From: Lachnospiraceae bacterium | GTDB lineage: Bacteria; Bacillota; Clostridia; Lachnospirales; Lachnospiraceae | Direction of reading: 5' to 3' | Assembly: GCA_022792835.1 (NCBI GenBank) | Contig: JAAWBT010000035.1 | Location: 610 to 64,609 of the forward strand | Length of the DNA stretch: 64,000 bases | In this document: positions 20,703 to 30,259 of the stretch, piece after piece | How the letters are laid out: each line of letters starts with the position of its first letter | Position numbering within the stretch: position 1 is the first letter of the stretch | Made by a program: the position numbers and the translations under genes | Notes under the pieces: generated by a model | What the model was told of the DNA's origin: nothing | The model's input: the letters and a program-made list of their open reading frames with translations, nothing else | Databases searched by the model: none

Positions 20703-21047
20703 TCAGCCTTTGATCTTCTGGGCAATCCCCGCAGTCACCCGGTAGACCTCTTTTGCTTTCCCCGCCACCACGCAGAGAATCCGTCCTGTTGTCTCCCGGC
20801 ATTCCCGAAGGGATGCATCCATGGGAATGATTCCGCAGCCGACCTCGTCTGCCGTCAGGACCATGTCCTTCCGGCCAAAAGCCGCCTCAAGAATAGTCTC
20901 CTGGATCTCCTCCCTGGATTTTCCCATGCGAAGCTCCTCCTCAATCCGGCAATGGACATTGAGAAGTACCCGCTCCTTATCTCCCCCGGCCAGTTTGAGG
21001 GCCAGCTCTCCTTTTCCCTGGCAGGCTCCGCCGATAATCAGGATCAT
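20703..21047 (-). CDS. Short CobU-like protein (114 aa)
   Basis: IIGGACQGK P-loop remnant and DEVGCGIIP...RETTGR...VYRVTAGI C-terminus of CobU. Confidence 0.8.
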   Translation of the reverse strand: MILIIGGACQGKGELALKLAGGDKERVLLNVHCRIEEELRMGKSREEIQETILEAAFGRKDMVLTADEVGCGIIPMDASLRECRETTGRILCVVAGKAKEVYRVTAGIAQKIKG

Positions 21048-21065
21048 ACTCTTGCTTCCTCCATT

Positions 21066-21821
21066 CTACCACAAACTTCCGGCAAGCACCACCGCCAGCC
21101 CCATGAACAGCTCACACAGCTCCAGAAACCATCCGGCCACATCTCCGGTGATGCCCCCGAACTCTTTGTAAGATTTATACCGATAATAGAAAAACAGCAA
21201 AAGGCCCGCCCCCACAGCCGCTCCCCCCATCATCGGGGAAAGGGCGATCATCCCGCCTCCAGAAAGGATCAGATACAAAACCAGGACCACTCTGGTAATG
21301 TGCTTTTCTGCCCCGTCAGAAAACGTGGCCAGCATCCCGCTTCCCCTGGCATTTTGAAAGGTCACCACAGAAATACCGGAAAGTCCCCTGGAAAACACAA
21401 AAGACAGAGCCATGACCTCCATGGCTTCTTCCAAAATCCCACTCCAAATTCCCAGACAGGCTACCAGATAGACGCCGCCGAAAATAATGGCAAAAGCTCC
21501 AGTGTGGGAGTCTTTTAATATTTCTAGTTTCTTTTCCCTGGTCTGGTGGGAGGAAAGAGCGTCAATTGTGTCTAAAAAACCGTCCATGTGGATTCCGCCT
21601 GTCACCAGAATCGGAAGCAGCGTAAGCCCTGCCGCCCGGAAAAGTTCCGGAAGGCAGACGAAACGGCTAAGCTGGAAAAAAACATAGGCAAGCCCTCCGA
21701 TTACCAGACCGATCAGAGGAAAAAAGCACATGACGTACTTCATCTTTTCTTTGGACCAGTCTGCCCGCGGCACAGGAATCCTGGAATACATGGCAAAAGC
21801 CAGCAAAAACGAATTGATCAT
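21066..21821 (-). CDS. cobS: Cobalamin synthase
   Basis: YSRIP, TGGIHMDGFLDTID, LKDSHTGAF, GGITGD. Confidence 0.95.
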   Translation of the reverse strand: MINSFLLAFAMYSRIPVPRADWSKEKMKYVMCFFPLIGLVIGGLAYVFFQLSRFVCLPELFRAAGLTLLPILVTGGIHMDGFLDTIDALSSHQTREKKLEILKDSHTGAFAIIFGGVYLVACLGIWSGILEEAMEVMALSFVFSRGLSGISVVTFQNARGSGMLATFSDGAEKHITRVVLVLYLILSGGGMIALSPMMGGAAVGAGLLLFFYYRYKSYKEFGGITGDVAGWFLELCELFMGLAVVLAGSLW

Positions 21822-22378
21822 AAAGGGCCTCCTTTGAGATACAGCGGGATGGAATACACCACTTCCACAAACACGTCGGAGAGGGCGGCAAGCTTACGGT
21901 TCAGTGCCCCTAACAGTTTACGGTAGCACTCTGTGGAGGCATCATAAGACAGTCCGTCGGAAAAGACCTCTCCCGTCACCACCACCAAAAGCCCTGTCTG
22001 TCCCAAAAGTTTTTCAATTCCGGCAAAAATCTCTTTTTGGGCAGACTCCCTCCCCTTTTCACAAGACTCGCCCTCTCCTGCGAAAAGCTCATTGGCTGCC
22101 AGGTTCGACATGCATTCCAGAAGGGCCGACGTCCTTTCGCCTTTCCCCTCAGAAAGAACCAGCTCTTTAAGATTCCTGTAGCACTCCACCGTCTCAAATC
22201 CTTTGTCTCTCCGCATGGCTCTGTGGCGTTTGATCCGCCTCGCGCCCTCCTCGCCAAAGGGCTCCATGGTCGCAATATAAAACCGGTCCGTCCGTGCCTC
22301 TCCATCCAGTTTAAGCAGCAAATTCTCCGCAAACTCTGACTTGCCGCTGCCGCTTCCGCCTGTCACTGTAATAAGCAT
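21818..22378 (-). CDS. cobU: Adenosylcobinamide kinase/guanylyltransferase
   Basis: GGSGSGKSEFAE, YIAT, RIKRHR, LLEC; start moved to MLITV. Confidence 0.9.
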   Translation of the reverse strand: MLITVTGGSGSGKSEFAENLLLKLDGEARTDRFYIATMEPFGEEGARRIKRHRAMRRDKGFETVECYRNLKELVLSEGKGERTSALLECMSNLAANELFAGEGESCEKGRESAQKEIFAGIEKLLGQTGLLVVVTGEVFSDGLSYDASTECYRKLLGALNRKLAALSDVFVEVVYSIPLYLKGGPL

Positions 22379-22388
22379 AGCCATCTCC

Positions 22389-23519
22389 TCACAGGGGCTT
22401 ATACTGCTCCACCTGAATATCGTCAAACGTAGCCATGGAGTGATATGTGGCAAACCCCATGTCCAGCACAGAAAGTCCCGCCATGGCCCCGGTCCCCTCT
22501 CCCAGACACATCTCGCAGCAGAGCATGGGCTTAAGTCCTAAAGTCTCCAGAATCAACCCTCCTGCCGGTTCCTTCGACACATGGGTGGCCAGCATAAATT
22601 CCTTCGCCGCCGGCAGAAGCCTCACTGCCAAAAGAGCCGCCACACTGGAGATAAAGCCGTCCAGGAGCACCGGAATCCGATAAACGGCGCCGCCCAGGAA
22701 CACGCCCATAAGGCCCGCAATGTCAAATCCCCCCACTTTACACACCACGTCAAGAGGATCTTCTTTGTCTGGTCTCAAATCCCGAAGTGCCTCTTTAATG
22801 ACCCTGATTTTCCGAAGAAGCCCTTCGTCCGAAAGCCCGGCTCCCTTCCCTGTCATCTTCTCCACCGGCTCGTCAAGGAGCGCCGCCGCCACGGCACTGC
22901 TGGTGGTGGTGTTGCCGATGCCCATTTCTCCTGTGGCCAGAATATCATATCCCTGAGCCTTCAGCCTCCCGGCAAGTTCCATGCCGCAAAGAATTGCCAA
23001 AAGCGCCTCCTCCCGGCTCATGGCAGGCCCTTTCGCGAAATTTTTTGTTCCCCGGGCCACCTTTCTCGCGAGAAGCGTTCTGGGCTTAATCTCCTCTTTC
23101 TCCTCCAAAATCCTGGAGATACATTCCCCTTCCGTCACCATGCCGATGTCCACCGGGAACACATCCACCCCGGCCGCCTCTGCCATGACCGTCACCGTTG
23201 TGGCTCCCTCAGCCATATTCTGGGCCACAATGGCCGTCACTTCCATGCCGGTCTGGGTCACCCCCTCCTCCACCACGCCGTTGTCGGCGCACATGGCAAT
23301 GAGGGCCCGCTTCCCAATCTGCGGTTTCACATTCTCCTGGATTCCTGCGATCTTCGTCACATTCTGTTCCAGAAGCCCCAGGCTTTTCAAAGGCTTTGCA
23401 ATGGAATCCCATCTCTTTTGCGTCTGCTCCATGATTTCTGCGTCCAGTTCTCTTACCAGGGACAGCCGCTCCTTAAGCTGTTCCTCAAGCTCCTTCTCTC
23501 TGCCTGCCATCTTATCCAC
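22389..23519 (-). CDS. cobT: Nicotinate-nucleotide:lower-ligand phosphoribosyltransferase
   Basis: KPLKSLG.LE, ADNGV, GEMGIGNTT, DGFI, LGEGTGA. Confidence 0.95.
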   Translation of the reverse strand: MDKMAGREKELEEQLKERLSLVRELDAEIMEQTQKRWDSIAKPLKSLGLLEQNVTKIAGIQENVKPQIGKRALIAMCADNGVVEEGVTQTGMEVTAIVAQNMAEGATTVTVMAEAAGVDVFPVDIGMVTEGECISRILEEKEEIKPRTLLARKVARGTKNFAKGPAMSREEALLAILCGMELAGRLKAQGYDILATGEMGIGNTTTSSAVAAALLDEPVEKMTGKGAGLSDEGLLRKIRVIKEALRDLRPDKEDPLDVVCKVGGFDIAGLMGVFLGGAVYRIPVLLDGFISSVAALLAVRLLPAAKEFMLATHVSKEPAGGLILETLGLKPMLCCEMCLGEGTGAMAGLSVLDMGFATYHSMATFDDIQVEQYKPL

Positions 23520-24903
23520 TCCTTCTTCTGTCCTTCTGATACCTTTTGCACACGGAAAGAAAATGTTCCGCTGCCCCCACGTTCCCGTAAAAATAAAAAT
23601 GCGGAAAACCGGCCAGAAGGTTCCCCCGGTTTATCATGCACCGCCAGCTCCGCTTTCCTGTGGGCTTCTCCGCCAAAAAAGAATCCCCATTCTCCGTACT
23701 GTCCCAGTAATGGAACTCATGACCAGGAAATGTACTCCCGGCCCTTCCGAGAATCGAATCCTCCCCGGCCGTCAGGGTCACATAGCCGAAACGGGAAAGC
23801 TTTGGCGTCCGAAAAGCCTTTCCTGGAAGGACTCCCGCCATGGGCCAGTCCCGCCCCTCTGGATCCTCCAGGGTCCTGTGAAGATACAAAAACCCGCCGC
23901 ACTCTGCCAGACAGGGAAGTCCCCCCTCAATGGCTGACTTCACTGACTTCCTCATGGAAACATTCTCCGACAGTTCCTCTGTATAAAGCTCCGGGTAGCC
24001 GCCGCACAAAAGCAGCCCGTCTGCCTCCTTTGGAAGTTCCATATCCTTCAAAGGGCTGAAAAACACAAGCTCTGCCCCAAGTTCCTCCAAAAGCTCCAGA
24101 TTCTCCTTATAATAAAAGTCAAATGCCTCATCCTTCGTCACTGCCAGCCGCACCGGCCGGGAAAGTGGATGAATCGCCGGCCTTTTTCCAGTTAAAGCGG
24201 GAGCCGTCTGCGCCAGGGCAGTCAGGCCGGAAAGATCCACCGTATCTGAGAGAATCCCTGCCAGCTCCAAAAGCTTCTGCTCCAGATCCGGAATCTCCTC
24301 TGGACGTTTAAGTCCCAGATGGCGGCTCTCAAAAAGTCCCTCCGGAAGTGTGGGCACATAGCCGTAAACCTTCACAACCGGAATCTCCTTCTCAATGAGC
24401 TCCTTAAGTGCCGGATACAACATGGGAGAAACCTGATTGAGAATGATTCCCTGTATCTGCTTTGATTCCTCATAGTCCACAAAGCCCCGGATCAAAGGCA
24501 CCACGGAGCGGCTCATGCCCCGGCAGTTTACGATCAGAGCAACCGGGCTTTTGGTCCAGGCCGCCACCTCCGAAGTACTGGCCCGGCCCGAGATCCCTCC
24601 AAGGCCGTCAAAATATCCCATAACCCCCTCGATGACAGACAAATCCGCCCCCTCTGCCCCCTGCGCCAGCAGGTGGCAGAGGGTTTCCCGGTCTGTAAAA
24701 AAGCTGTCCAGATTTCCTGACTCCAGGCCCAGCACCCTTTTGTGAAACATGGTATCAATGTAGTCCGGCCCACATTTAAAAGCGGCCGGCTTAAGCCCCC
24801 GCTCCTTAAAAGCCGCAAGAAGGCCGCAGGTAATCATAGTCTTCCCGCTCCCGCTTCCCACGGCTGCCAAAAGGAGTCTGGGAGAGTTTCCGTCTGCCAT
24901 CAA
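23512..24903 (-). CDS. cbiA: Cobyrinate a,c-diamide synthase
   Basis: GSGSGKT, FKCGPDYID, EGVMG, SRHLGL, GGYPE, AECGG, HEFH. Confidence 0.95.
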   Translation of the reverse strand: MMADGNSPRLLLAAVGSGSGKTMITCGLLAAFKERGLKPAAFKCGPDYIDTMFHKRVLGLESGNLDSFFTDRETLCHLLAQGAEGADLSVIEGVMGYFDGLGGISGRASTSEVAAWTKSPVALIVNCRGMSRSVVPLIRGFVDYEESKQIQGIILNQVSPMLYPALKELIEKEIPVVKVYGYVPTLPEGLFESRHLGLKRPEEIPDLEQKLLELAGILSDTVDLSGLTALAQTAPALTGKRPAIHPLSRPVRLAVTKDEAFDFYYKENLELLEELGAELVFFSPLKDMELPKEADGLLLCGGYPELYTEELSENVSMRKSVKSAIEGGLPCLAECGGFLYLHRTLEDPEGRDWPMAGVLPGKAFRTPKLSRFGYVTLTAGEDSILGRAGSTFPGHEFHYWDSTENGDSFLAEKPTGKRSWRCMINRGNLLAGFPHFYFYGNVGAAEHFLSVCKRYQKDRRRSG

Positions 24904-26894
24904 GAATCCCCCTTTCCGGTAAAGCTGATGATATAGACTGGATTCATCCCTGTCATTAACTCATAGCCTCCAAGCCGCTTTCCTCTGGAGGCCATGACCT
25001 GAGAGACAGACACATCCTTTATCGGAATCTCCTTTAACAGTCCGGAGGCTTCCGCCACGGTCTCCAGTGCAATGGCGTTGATCACCACCCGCACTTGGGG
25101 ATTTTTTTCGAGAAGAACTCTGACAATCTCCTTTAAATTTCCGGCAGAGCCTCCGATAAAGGCGTGAGTCGGCACAGCAAGCCCCTTTAACGCCTCCGGG
25201 GCTGCCCCCTCCACCACTTCCAGATTAGGAAGAGCAAATTTCCGCTTATTCTCCCCAATCAGCTTTGCCGCTTCCGGTTTCCGCTCAATGGCATAGACCA
25301 GCCCCTCCGACGCCTGGAGAGCTGCCTCCACAGAGACAGACCCCGTCCCGGCCCCGATATCATAGACCACCGAATTCTTCTTAAGTTCCAGCCTGGAAAG
25401 GGATACTGACCGCACCTCATATTTGGTCATGGGAACCTCCCCCCGGATAAATTCCTCATCAGGAATCCCGTGGGTGACCCTTTCCATTCCTCCCTCCGGG
25501 TTTTCCAGAAGGGCCGCTGCCAGCGCCCCAAACTTCTGTCCTAAAAGTTCTTTTGGAAAGCCCCTGGAAATCCGCTCTGTCTCATAGGAAAGGTCTTCTC
25601 CTATTGTCAGTTCCACCTGGGACAGACCGTAAAACAAAAGTTCTCTACACAAATCCTCCACACTGCCTTCCCCTCCCAGGAGGGTAAAGACCCGGTTATG
25701 TTCCTTTACAGCCCGAATCAGATTTTCCGAACGCCCGTGGACGCTCATAAGTTTTGCGTGATCCCACGGCTTTCCCTCCCTGGCCGCCAGATAGGCAAGA
25801 GAAGAGATTCCCGGAAGGCAGATCACCTCAAAGCCCCTCTCTTTCAGCAGAGGCAACAGCCGTTTCGCGCCGCTGTAAAAACCCAGATCTCCGGAAAAGG
25901 CCACCAGAGGGCGCACATACTCTCCGTGCTCTTCCAAAAACTGAATAATTTCCGTCTCTTTGTAGGCGGAAAAAGCCGGTTTGCCAAAACCGGAAAGGGC
26001 CTCCACCATCCGCCCGGCCCCGATGATCAAATCGCAGGCCGAAAAGGCCGCTCTCGCCTCCTCTGTCATCAGAGAAACCGCCCCCGGCCCCAGAGAGGCC
26101 AAGCTCACACAACGTTTCTCCTGATATTCCTTCCCGAAAAAGGCAAACACCTGCCGCTTCACTTGGGAAAAAGAAAGGCCCGAAGCCTCCTCCCAAGGCC
26201 GGCCCACGACAACAACGCCCACACCTGCTCTCTTAGCCGCCCGGAGCTTTTCCTTATAACCTCCGGCCCGGCCGGAAGCCTTTGTCACCAGCCAGGAAAT
26301 CCCGTATTCTTTCATAGTGGCATAGTTGAGTTCTTCCGAAAAGGGGCCCTGCATACAGATTAAGTTCCTGCCGGCAAAGCCAAGGCTTCCCGCCAGCCTG
26401 ACCGATTCCTCCGTGGAAAGGACTCTGGCGAAAACCCGGCTTTTATAATCCGGAAGAACCGCATATTCGGAAAGCTCTTTACTGCCCGTGGAGGCCAGGA
26501 TCTTTCCCTCTCTCCCAGCCAGATAAGAGACTGCCTCCTTCACACTTTCCACAAAGACCACCTGCTCTGAAAACTCTGTCTTTACATCTTCCCGCAAAAG
26601 CCGCAGATAGGAGAGCCCCGTCCCTGCGGCCGCCTCCCGGATATTGTTTGAGACCACCGCCGCATAGGGATGGGTGGCATCCACCACGCAGGAAAAGTTC
26701 CCTTCTTTCATCAGAGCTTCCATCTGCCCCTCATCCAGACGGCCCGTCCGTCTTATGATCCCCTCTCCCTCCGGAAGAAGGGTCTCCCCATATTCCGTCG
26801 CCACACAGACGGTCACCGGAATATCTGCTTCATAAAGCTCTTCCGTAAGCCTCCGGCCTTCTGTGGTTCCCGCAAAAATCAACACCTGCTTCAC
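24900..26894 (-). CDS. Triple fusion CbiJ-CbiE-CbiT
   Basis: GTTEG/DATHPYA/QGPFS (CbiJ); SGD.GFYSG/PGISS/SVHGR (CbiE); PMTK.EVR/DIGAGTGS (CbiT). Confidence 0.9.
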   Translation of the reverse strand: MKQVLIFAGTTEGRRLTEELYEADIPVTVCVATEYGETLLPEGEGIIRRTGRLDEGQMEALMKEGNFSCVVDATHPYAAVVSNNIREAAAGTGLSYLRLLREDVKTEFSEQVVFVESVKEAVSYLAGREGKILASTGSKELSEYAVLPDYKSRVFARVLSTEESVRLAGSLGFAGRNLICMQGPFSEELNYATMKEYGISWLVTKASGRAGGYKEKLRAAKRAGVGVVVVGRPWEEASGLSFSQVKRQVFAFFGKEYQEKRCVSLASLGPGAVSLMTEEARAAFSACDLIIGAGRMVEALSGFGKPAFSAYKETEIIQFLEEHGEYVRPLVAFSGDLGFYSGAKRLLPLLKERGFEVICLPGISSLAYLAAREGKPWDHAKLMSVHGRSENLIRAVKEHNRVFTLLGGEGSVEDLCRELLFYGLSQVELTIGEDLSYETERISRGFPKELLGQKFGALAAALLENPEGGMERVTHGIPDEEFIRGEVPMTKYEVRSVSLSRLELKKNSVVYDIGAGTGSVSVEAALQASEGLVYAIERKPEAAKLIGENKRKFALPNLEVVEGAAPEALKGLAVPTHAFIGGSAGNLKEIVRVLLEKNPQVRVVINAIALETVAEASGLLKEIPIKDVSVSQVMASRGKRLGGYELMTGMNPVYIISFTGKGDS

Positions 26895-27619
26895 AGAACA
26901 TACCCCCTGGGCGTTACCATTTTCCCATCAATGTTCTTTGTCTGGGAATTTCCGATCCATACTGTTGTGAACATATCCACCTGTGTGTCCCGAAGCTCCT
27001 TCAGGGTCAGTACATGTCCTTCCTCTCCCTCCCGGCCGATGTTCTTCACATAGCCGCAGACCGTCTCGGGACCCTGGTGTTTTAGGACCAGATCGCAGGC
27101 CTTCTTCAGATAGTCCTTCCGCTTCTTACTGGAAGGGTTATAAAGGCAGATGACAAAATCCGCCTCTGCTGAACGCTCCAGCCGTTTTTCAATCTTCTCC
27201 CAGGGGGTCAGAAGGTCGCTTAAGCTGATCACTGCAAAATCGTGGATCAGGGGAGCTCCGAGGACCGCAGCCCCTCCGGTGGCAGCCGTCACACCTCCGA
27301 TCAGTTTTAATTCCACCTGGGGATAACGGACTTTGATCTCGCACATGAGCCCCGTCATCCCATAGACTCCCGCATCGCCGCTGCAGATCATGGCCACAGT
27401 CTTTCCTTTCGCCGCCTCCGAAAATGCCAACTCGCACCGCTCCACCTCTTTTGTCATCGGCGTGGTCAGAAATTCCTTTCCCGGGAAATGCTCTTTCACC
27501 AGATCCACATAAACCGTATATCCCACGATGACATCGCTGCTCTTTAAGGCAGACGCCGCCTCAATGGTCATCTTCTCATAAGCGCCGGGCCCGATCCCGA
27601 CCACATAAAGTGTACTCAT
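26891..27619 (-). CDS. cbiH: Cobalt-precorrin-3 C17-methyltransferase
   Basis: VGIGPG, SGDAGVYGM, GAPL.HDF..ISLSDLLTPW, TPRGY. Confidence 0.95.
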   Translation of the reverse strand: MSTLYVVGIGPGAYEKMTIEAASALKSSDVIVGYTVYVDLVKEHFPGKEFLTTPMTKEVERCELAFSEAAKGKTVAMICSGDAGVYGMTGLMCEIKVRYPQVELKLIGGVTAATGGAAVLGAPLIHDFAVISLSDLLTPWEKIEKRLERSAEADFVICLYNPSSKKRKDYLKKACDLVLKHQGPETVCGYVKNIGREGEEGHVLTLKELRDTQVDMFTTVWIGNSQTKNIDGKMVTPRGYVL

Positions 27620-28722
27620 TCCTTCTCCCTCTCTTTTCCAAATCTCAGTTCCTTCTCTCCCCTGGCCGCTGCCAGCGTGATGCCCTCTGTTGCCTGTTTC
27701 GGAAATAGCAGACTTCCGCCTCCGCTTCCCAGGACGGCCGCCCTCTCACAGACACAGCCCACTCCCACGGTCTTTTCCACAAAATCCGAATAGGAAAATT
27801 CCCCGGAGAGAGCCAGGAGCTCCTCTTTTGTGTACCAGGAAAAGGGCACCTCCAGTTCTGCCGCCAGCCCGGTTAGCCCTTCCTCATCCTTTTTCTTCTC
27901 AATGGTCGCGATCCCTTTTAGAGCCTCCGGAAAAATTCCAGCCTCCGAAAATGCCTGTTCCAGAGCCCTGCGAAGCTTTGCCTGTTCCGTTCCTCTCCTG
28001 CATCCCATGCCTGCCGTCACAGTTTTTGGCACCAGATATAACACACCGGCCGATCCTTCCCCGGCCAAAAGCCTTCTCTCCGAGACTGCTATTTTTATCC
28101 CAGACTCCCGCCAAAACTCGTCTTCTTTTTCAAAAACAATTAATTCCTCCGGCGGCTCTCCCAAAAGAGGCTGGGCGCTGAAAAAGGGGATTTTCTTTCC
28201 CGAAAGGACTGCCGCCGAAACTTCCTTTGCCAGCCCTCTGTCCAGGATCCCAAGGCCGTTGTGCTTCGCAAACACATCCACCGCAAATCTCCCGTTCACA
28301 TCCGTAGCCGTAGAGATCACCGGCACCGCCCCCAATGCCTCTGCCACCCGGCGGCAAAGATCGTTGGCCCCGCCCACATGGCCGGAAAGCAAAGACACTA
28401 CAAAGCCTGCCCCCTCATCCACTGTCACCACCGCCGGATCTGTAAACTTGTCTTTGAGAAAGGGGGCAATGGCCCGGACGGCGATGCCGCAGGCCCCCAC
28501 AAAGATCAGCCCGTCATAGGCCCCAAAGGCTCTCCCTGTCCATTCCCCAAGTCTCTCTGTCACCAGTTTTGGAGAGACCTCTCCTCCTGCCTCAGAAGGT
28601 ACCTCTGTCCCTTTCCTCTTCTCGAAAGAATCCACCGGTATCCCCTGTCTTTGGAAATCTTCACAAAGAGAACGGTTAAGTTTCCCTCCCCTCTCTGTAA
28701 AACTGATCACTGCAAGATGCAT
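27616..28722 (-). CDS. cbiG: Cobalt-precorrin-5A hydrolase
   Basis: GIAVRAIAP..KDK.TDPAV, LLSGHVGGAN, STATD, GMGCRRG, VCERAA. Confidence 0.93.
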   Translation of the reverse strand: MHLAVISFTERGGKLNRSLCEDFQRQGIPVDSFEKRKGTEVPSEAGGEVSPKLVTERLGEWTGRAFGAYDGLIFVGACGIAVRAIAPFLKDKFTDPAVVTVDEGAGFVVSLLSGHVGGANDLCRRVAEALGAVPVISTATDVNGRFAVDVFAKHNGLGILDRGLAKEVSAAVLSGKKIPFFSAQPLLGEPPEELIVFEKEDEFWRESGIKIAVSERRLLAGEGSAGVLYLVPKTVTAGMGCRRGTEQAKLRRALEQAFSEAGIFPEALKGIATIEKKKDEEGLTGLAAELEVPFSWYTKEELLALSGEFSYSDFVEKTVGVGCVCERAAVLGSGGGSLLFPKQATEGITLAAARGEKELRFGKEREKE

Positions 28723-28750
28723 AACCTCCTCCTCTGCCGTACAGATGGTT

Positions 28751-29515
28751 TTATATGTCCTTTTTGGAAGCTTCCCTGAATTCCGTGGTAAAGGCCGGGT
28801 TATAGAGCTCTGAACGGTTATATTCTCCCCCCAGCACCTTTCCCACCACAATCAGGGCTGTCTTTGTGATCTGATGCTCCTTTGCCGTCTCTGCCAGGGT
28901 CGACACCGTACACCGAAATACCTTCTCATCCGGCCAGGTGGCTTTATAGACAATGGCCGCCGCCGTATCCGGTCCATAGCCGCCCTCCATGAGCCGCTCC
29001 GAAAGCTCCGAGAGCATCCCTGTGCTCAAAAAGATCACCATAGTGGACTGATGAACCGCCAATTTCTCAATGCTTTCCTTTTCCGGAACCGGCGTCCGGC
29101 CGGCCATTCTGGTAATGATCACGGACTGGGAAACATCCGGCAGGGTATACTCTGCATGGAGGGCCGCCGCCGCGCCGCAAAAAGAGCTGACTCCTGGACA
29201 GACTTCATAGCCGATTCCTCTCTTGTCGAGCTCGTCCATCTGCTCCTTGATGGCGCCGTAAAGGCAAGGGTCTCCTGTGTGGAGACGGACAGTCCGCTTT
29301 CCTGCTGCCTCCGCCTTTTCCACCACAGCGATCACCTCTTCCAGAGTCATATAGGCGCTATTGTGGACTTCACAGCCCTCTTTCTTATATTCCAGAAGGG
29401 CCGGGTTCACCAGTGAACCCGCATAAATAATCACGTCCGCTTCCTCCAGAAGCCCCTTTCCCCGCACGGTGATCAGGTCCGCCGCACCGGAGCCTGCCCC
29501 TACAAAATCAACCAT
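28751..29515 (-). CDS. cbiF: Cobalt-precorrin-4 C11-methyltransferase
   Basis: FVGAG, YAGSLV, RLHTGDP..YGAI.EQ, GRTP, KATWPDE. Confidence 0.95.
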   Translation of the reverse strand: MVDFVGAGSGAADLITVRGKGLLEEADVIIYAGSLVNPALLEYKKEGCEVHNSAYMTLEEVIAVVEKAEAAGKRTVRLHTGDPCLYGAIKEQMDELDKRGIGYEVCPGVSSFCGAAAALHAEYTLPDVSQSVIITRMAGRTPVPEKESIEKLAVHQSTMVIFLSTGMLSELSERLMEGGYGPDTAAAIVYKATWPDEKVFRCTVSTLAETAKEHQITKTALIVVGKVLGGEYNRSELYNPAFTTEFREASKKDI

Positions 29516-30203
29516 GATCTGCCTCCTTCACAATCAGCAGAGAGTAATACCCTGCGTTTTCGTCGATCTCCTCCGCCGAGTGATACACTTTCTCATTCTC
29601 CATTCCGCAGTTTTCCACCATATAGGCCGGACAGCCTGCTTCCAGAATGGCCTCTTTCACCTGTCCAAGTTTCTTTCCCGACTTCATCAGGATCTTGGTT
29701 CCTGAAAGGGAAAGGGCCTCCCTCGCCCCATAAGTGGCCGGAATCACGTGAAGCTCCTCCTTCTGCTCTGCCAGGCTGATCCCAAGCCTTGCGGCCGCTG
29801 CACAGAAAGAGGGAACACCACTCACAAGCTCCGCCCCAAACCCGGCTTTGGCCACCCGCTTATGAAGATACAGGTAAGTGGAGTACACCGCCACATCACC
29901 GAGAGTCAGAAAGGCGACGCTTTTCCCCTTCTTTAAAAAGGCGGCAATCTGCTCTGCCCCCCGGTCATGATGCTCCTTTAGAATCTCTTTGTCCTTTGTC
30001 ATGGGCATATACAGATAAAGAAACTCTTTGTCCTCCATCTCTCCCACAGTTTCTCTGGCAATCCGCCAGGATACACAGTCTTCCTTCGTTTTCGCCGGAA
30101 GGGCGATCACATCCGCTTCCCGGATCACCCGGACTGCCTTTAAGGTCATCAGCTCCGGGTCTCCCGGACCGACCCCCACTCCATATAAAATTCCCTGTCT
30201 CAT
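29508..30203 (-). CDS. cbiL: Cobalt-precorrin-2 C20-methyltransferase
   Basis: GVGVGPGDPELMT, PMT, TLGD...YST, YYSL. Confidence 0.93.
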   Translation of the reverse strand: MRQGILYGVGVGPGDPELMTLKAVRVIREADVIALPAKTKEDCVSWRIARETVGEMEDKEFLYLYMPMTKDKEILKEHHDRGAEQIAAFLKKGKSVAFLTLGDVAVYSTYLYLHKRVAKAGFGAELVSGVPSFCAAAARLGISLAEQKEELHVIPATYGAREALSLSGTKILMKSGKKLGQVKEAILEAGCPAYMVENCGMENEKVYHSAEEIDENAGYYSLLIVKEADHG

Positions 30204-30259
30204 CCTCTTTCCCCTTTTTAATATTTCGATTTATAGTTTTCCCATTCACTTTTTTAAAA

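Noticed and set aside
22581-24059. 492-aa plus-strand ORF (also 20448-21518, 22981-23937, 5101-5922, 47945-48727)
   Set aside because: Antisense shadows of well-supported genes; no motifs or RBS; expected from codon bias.
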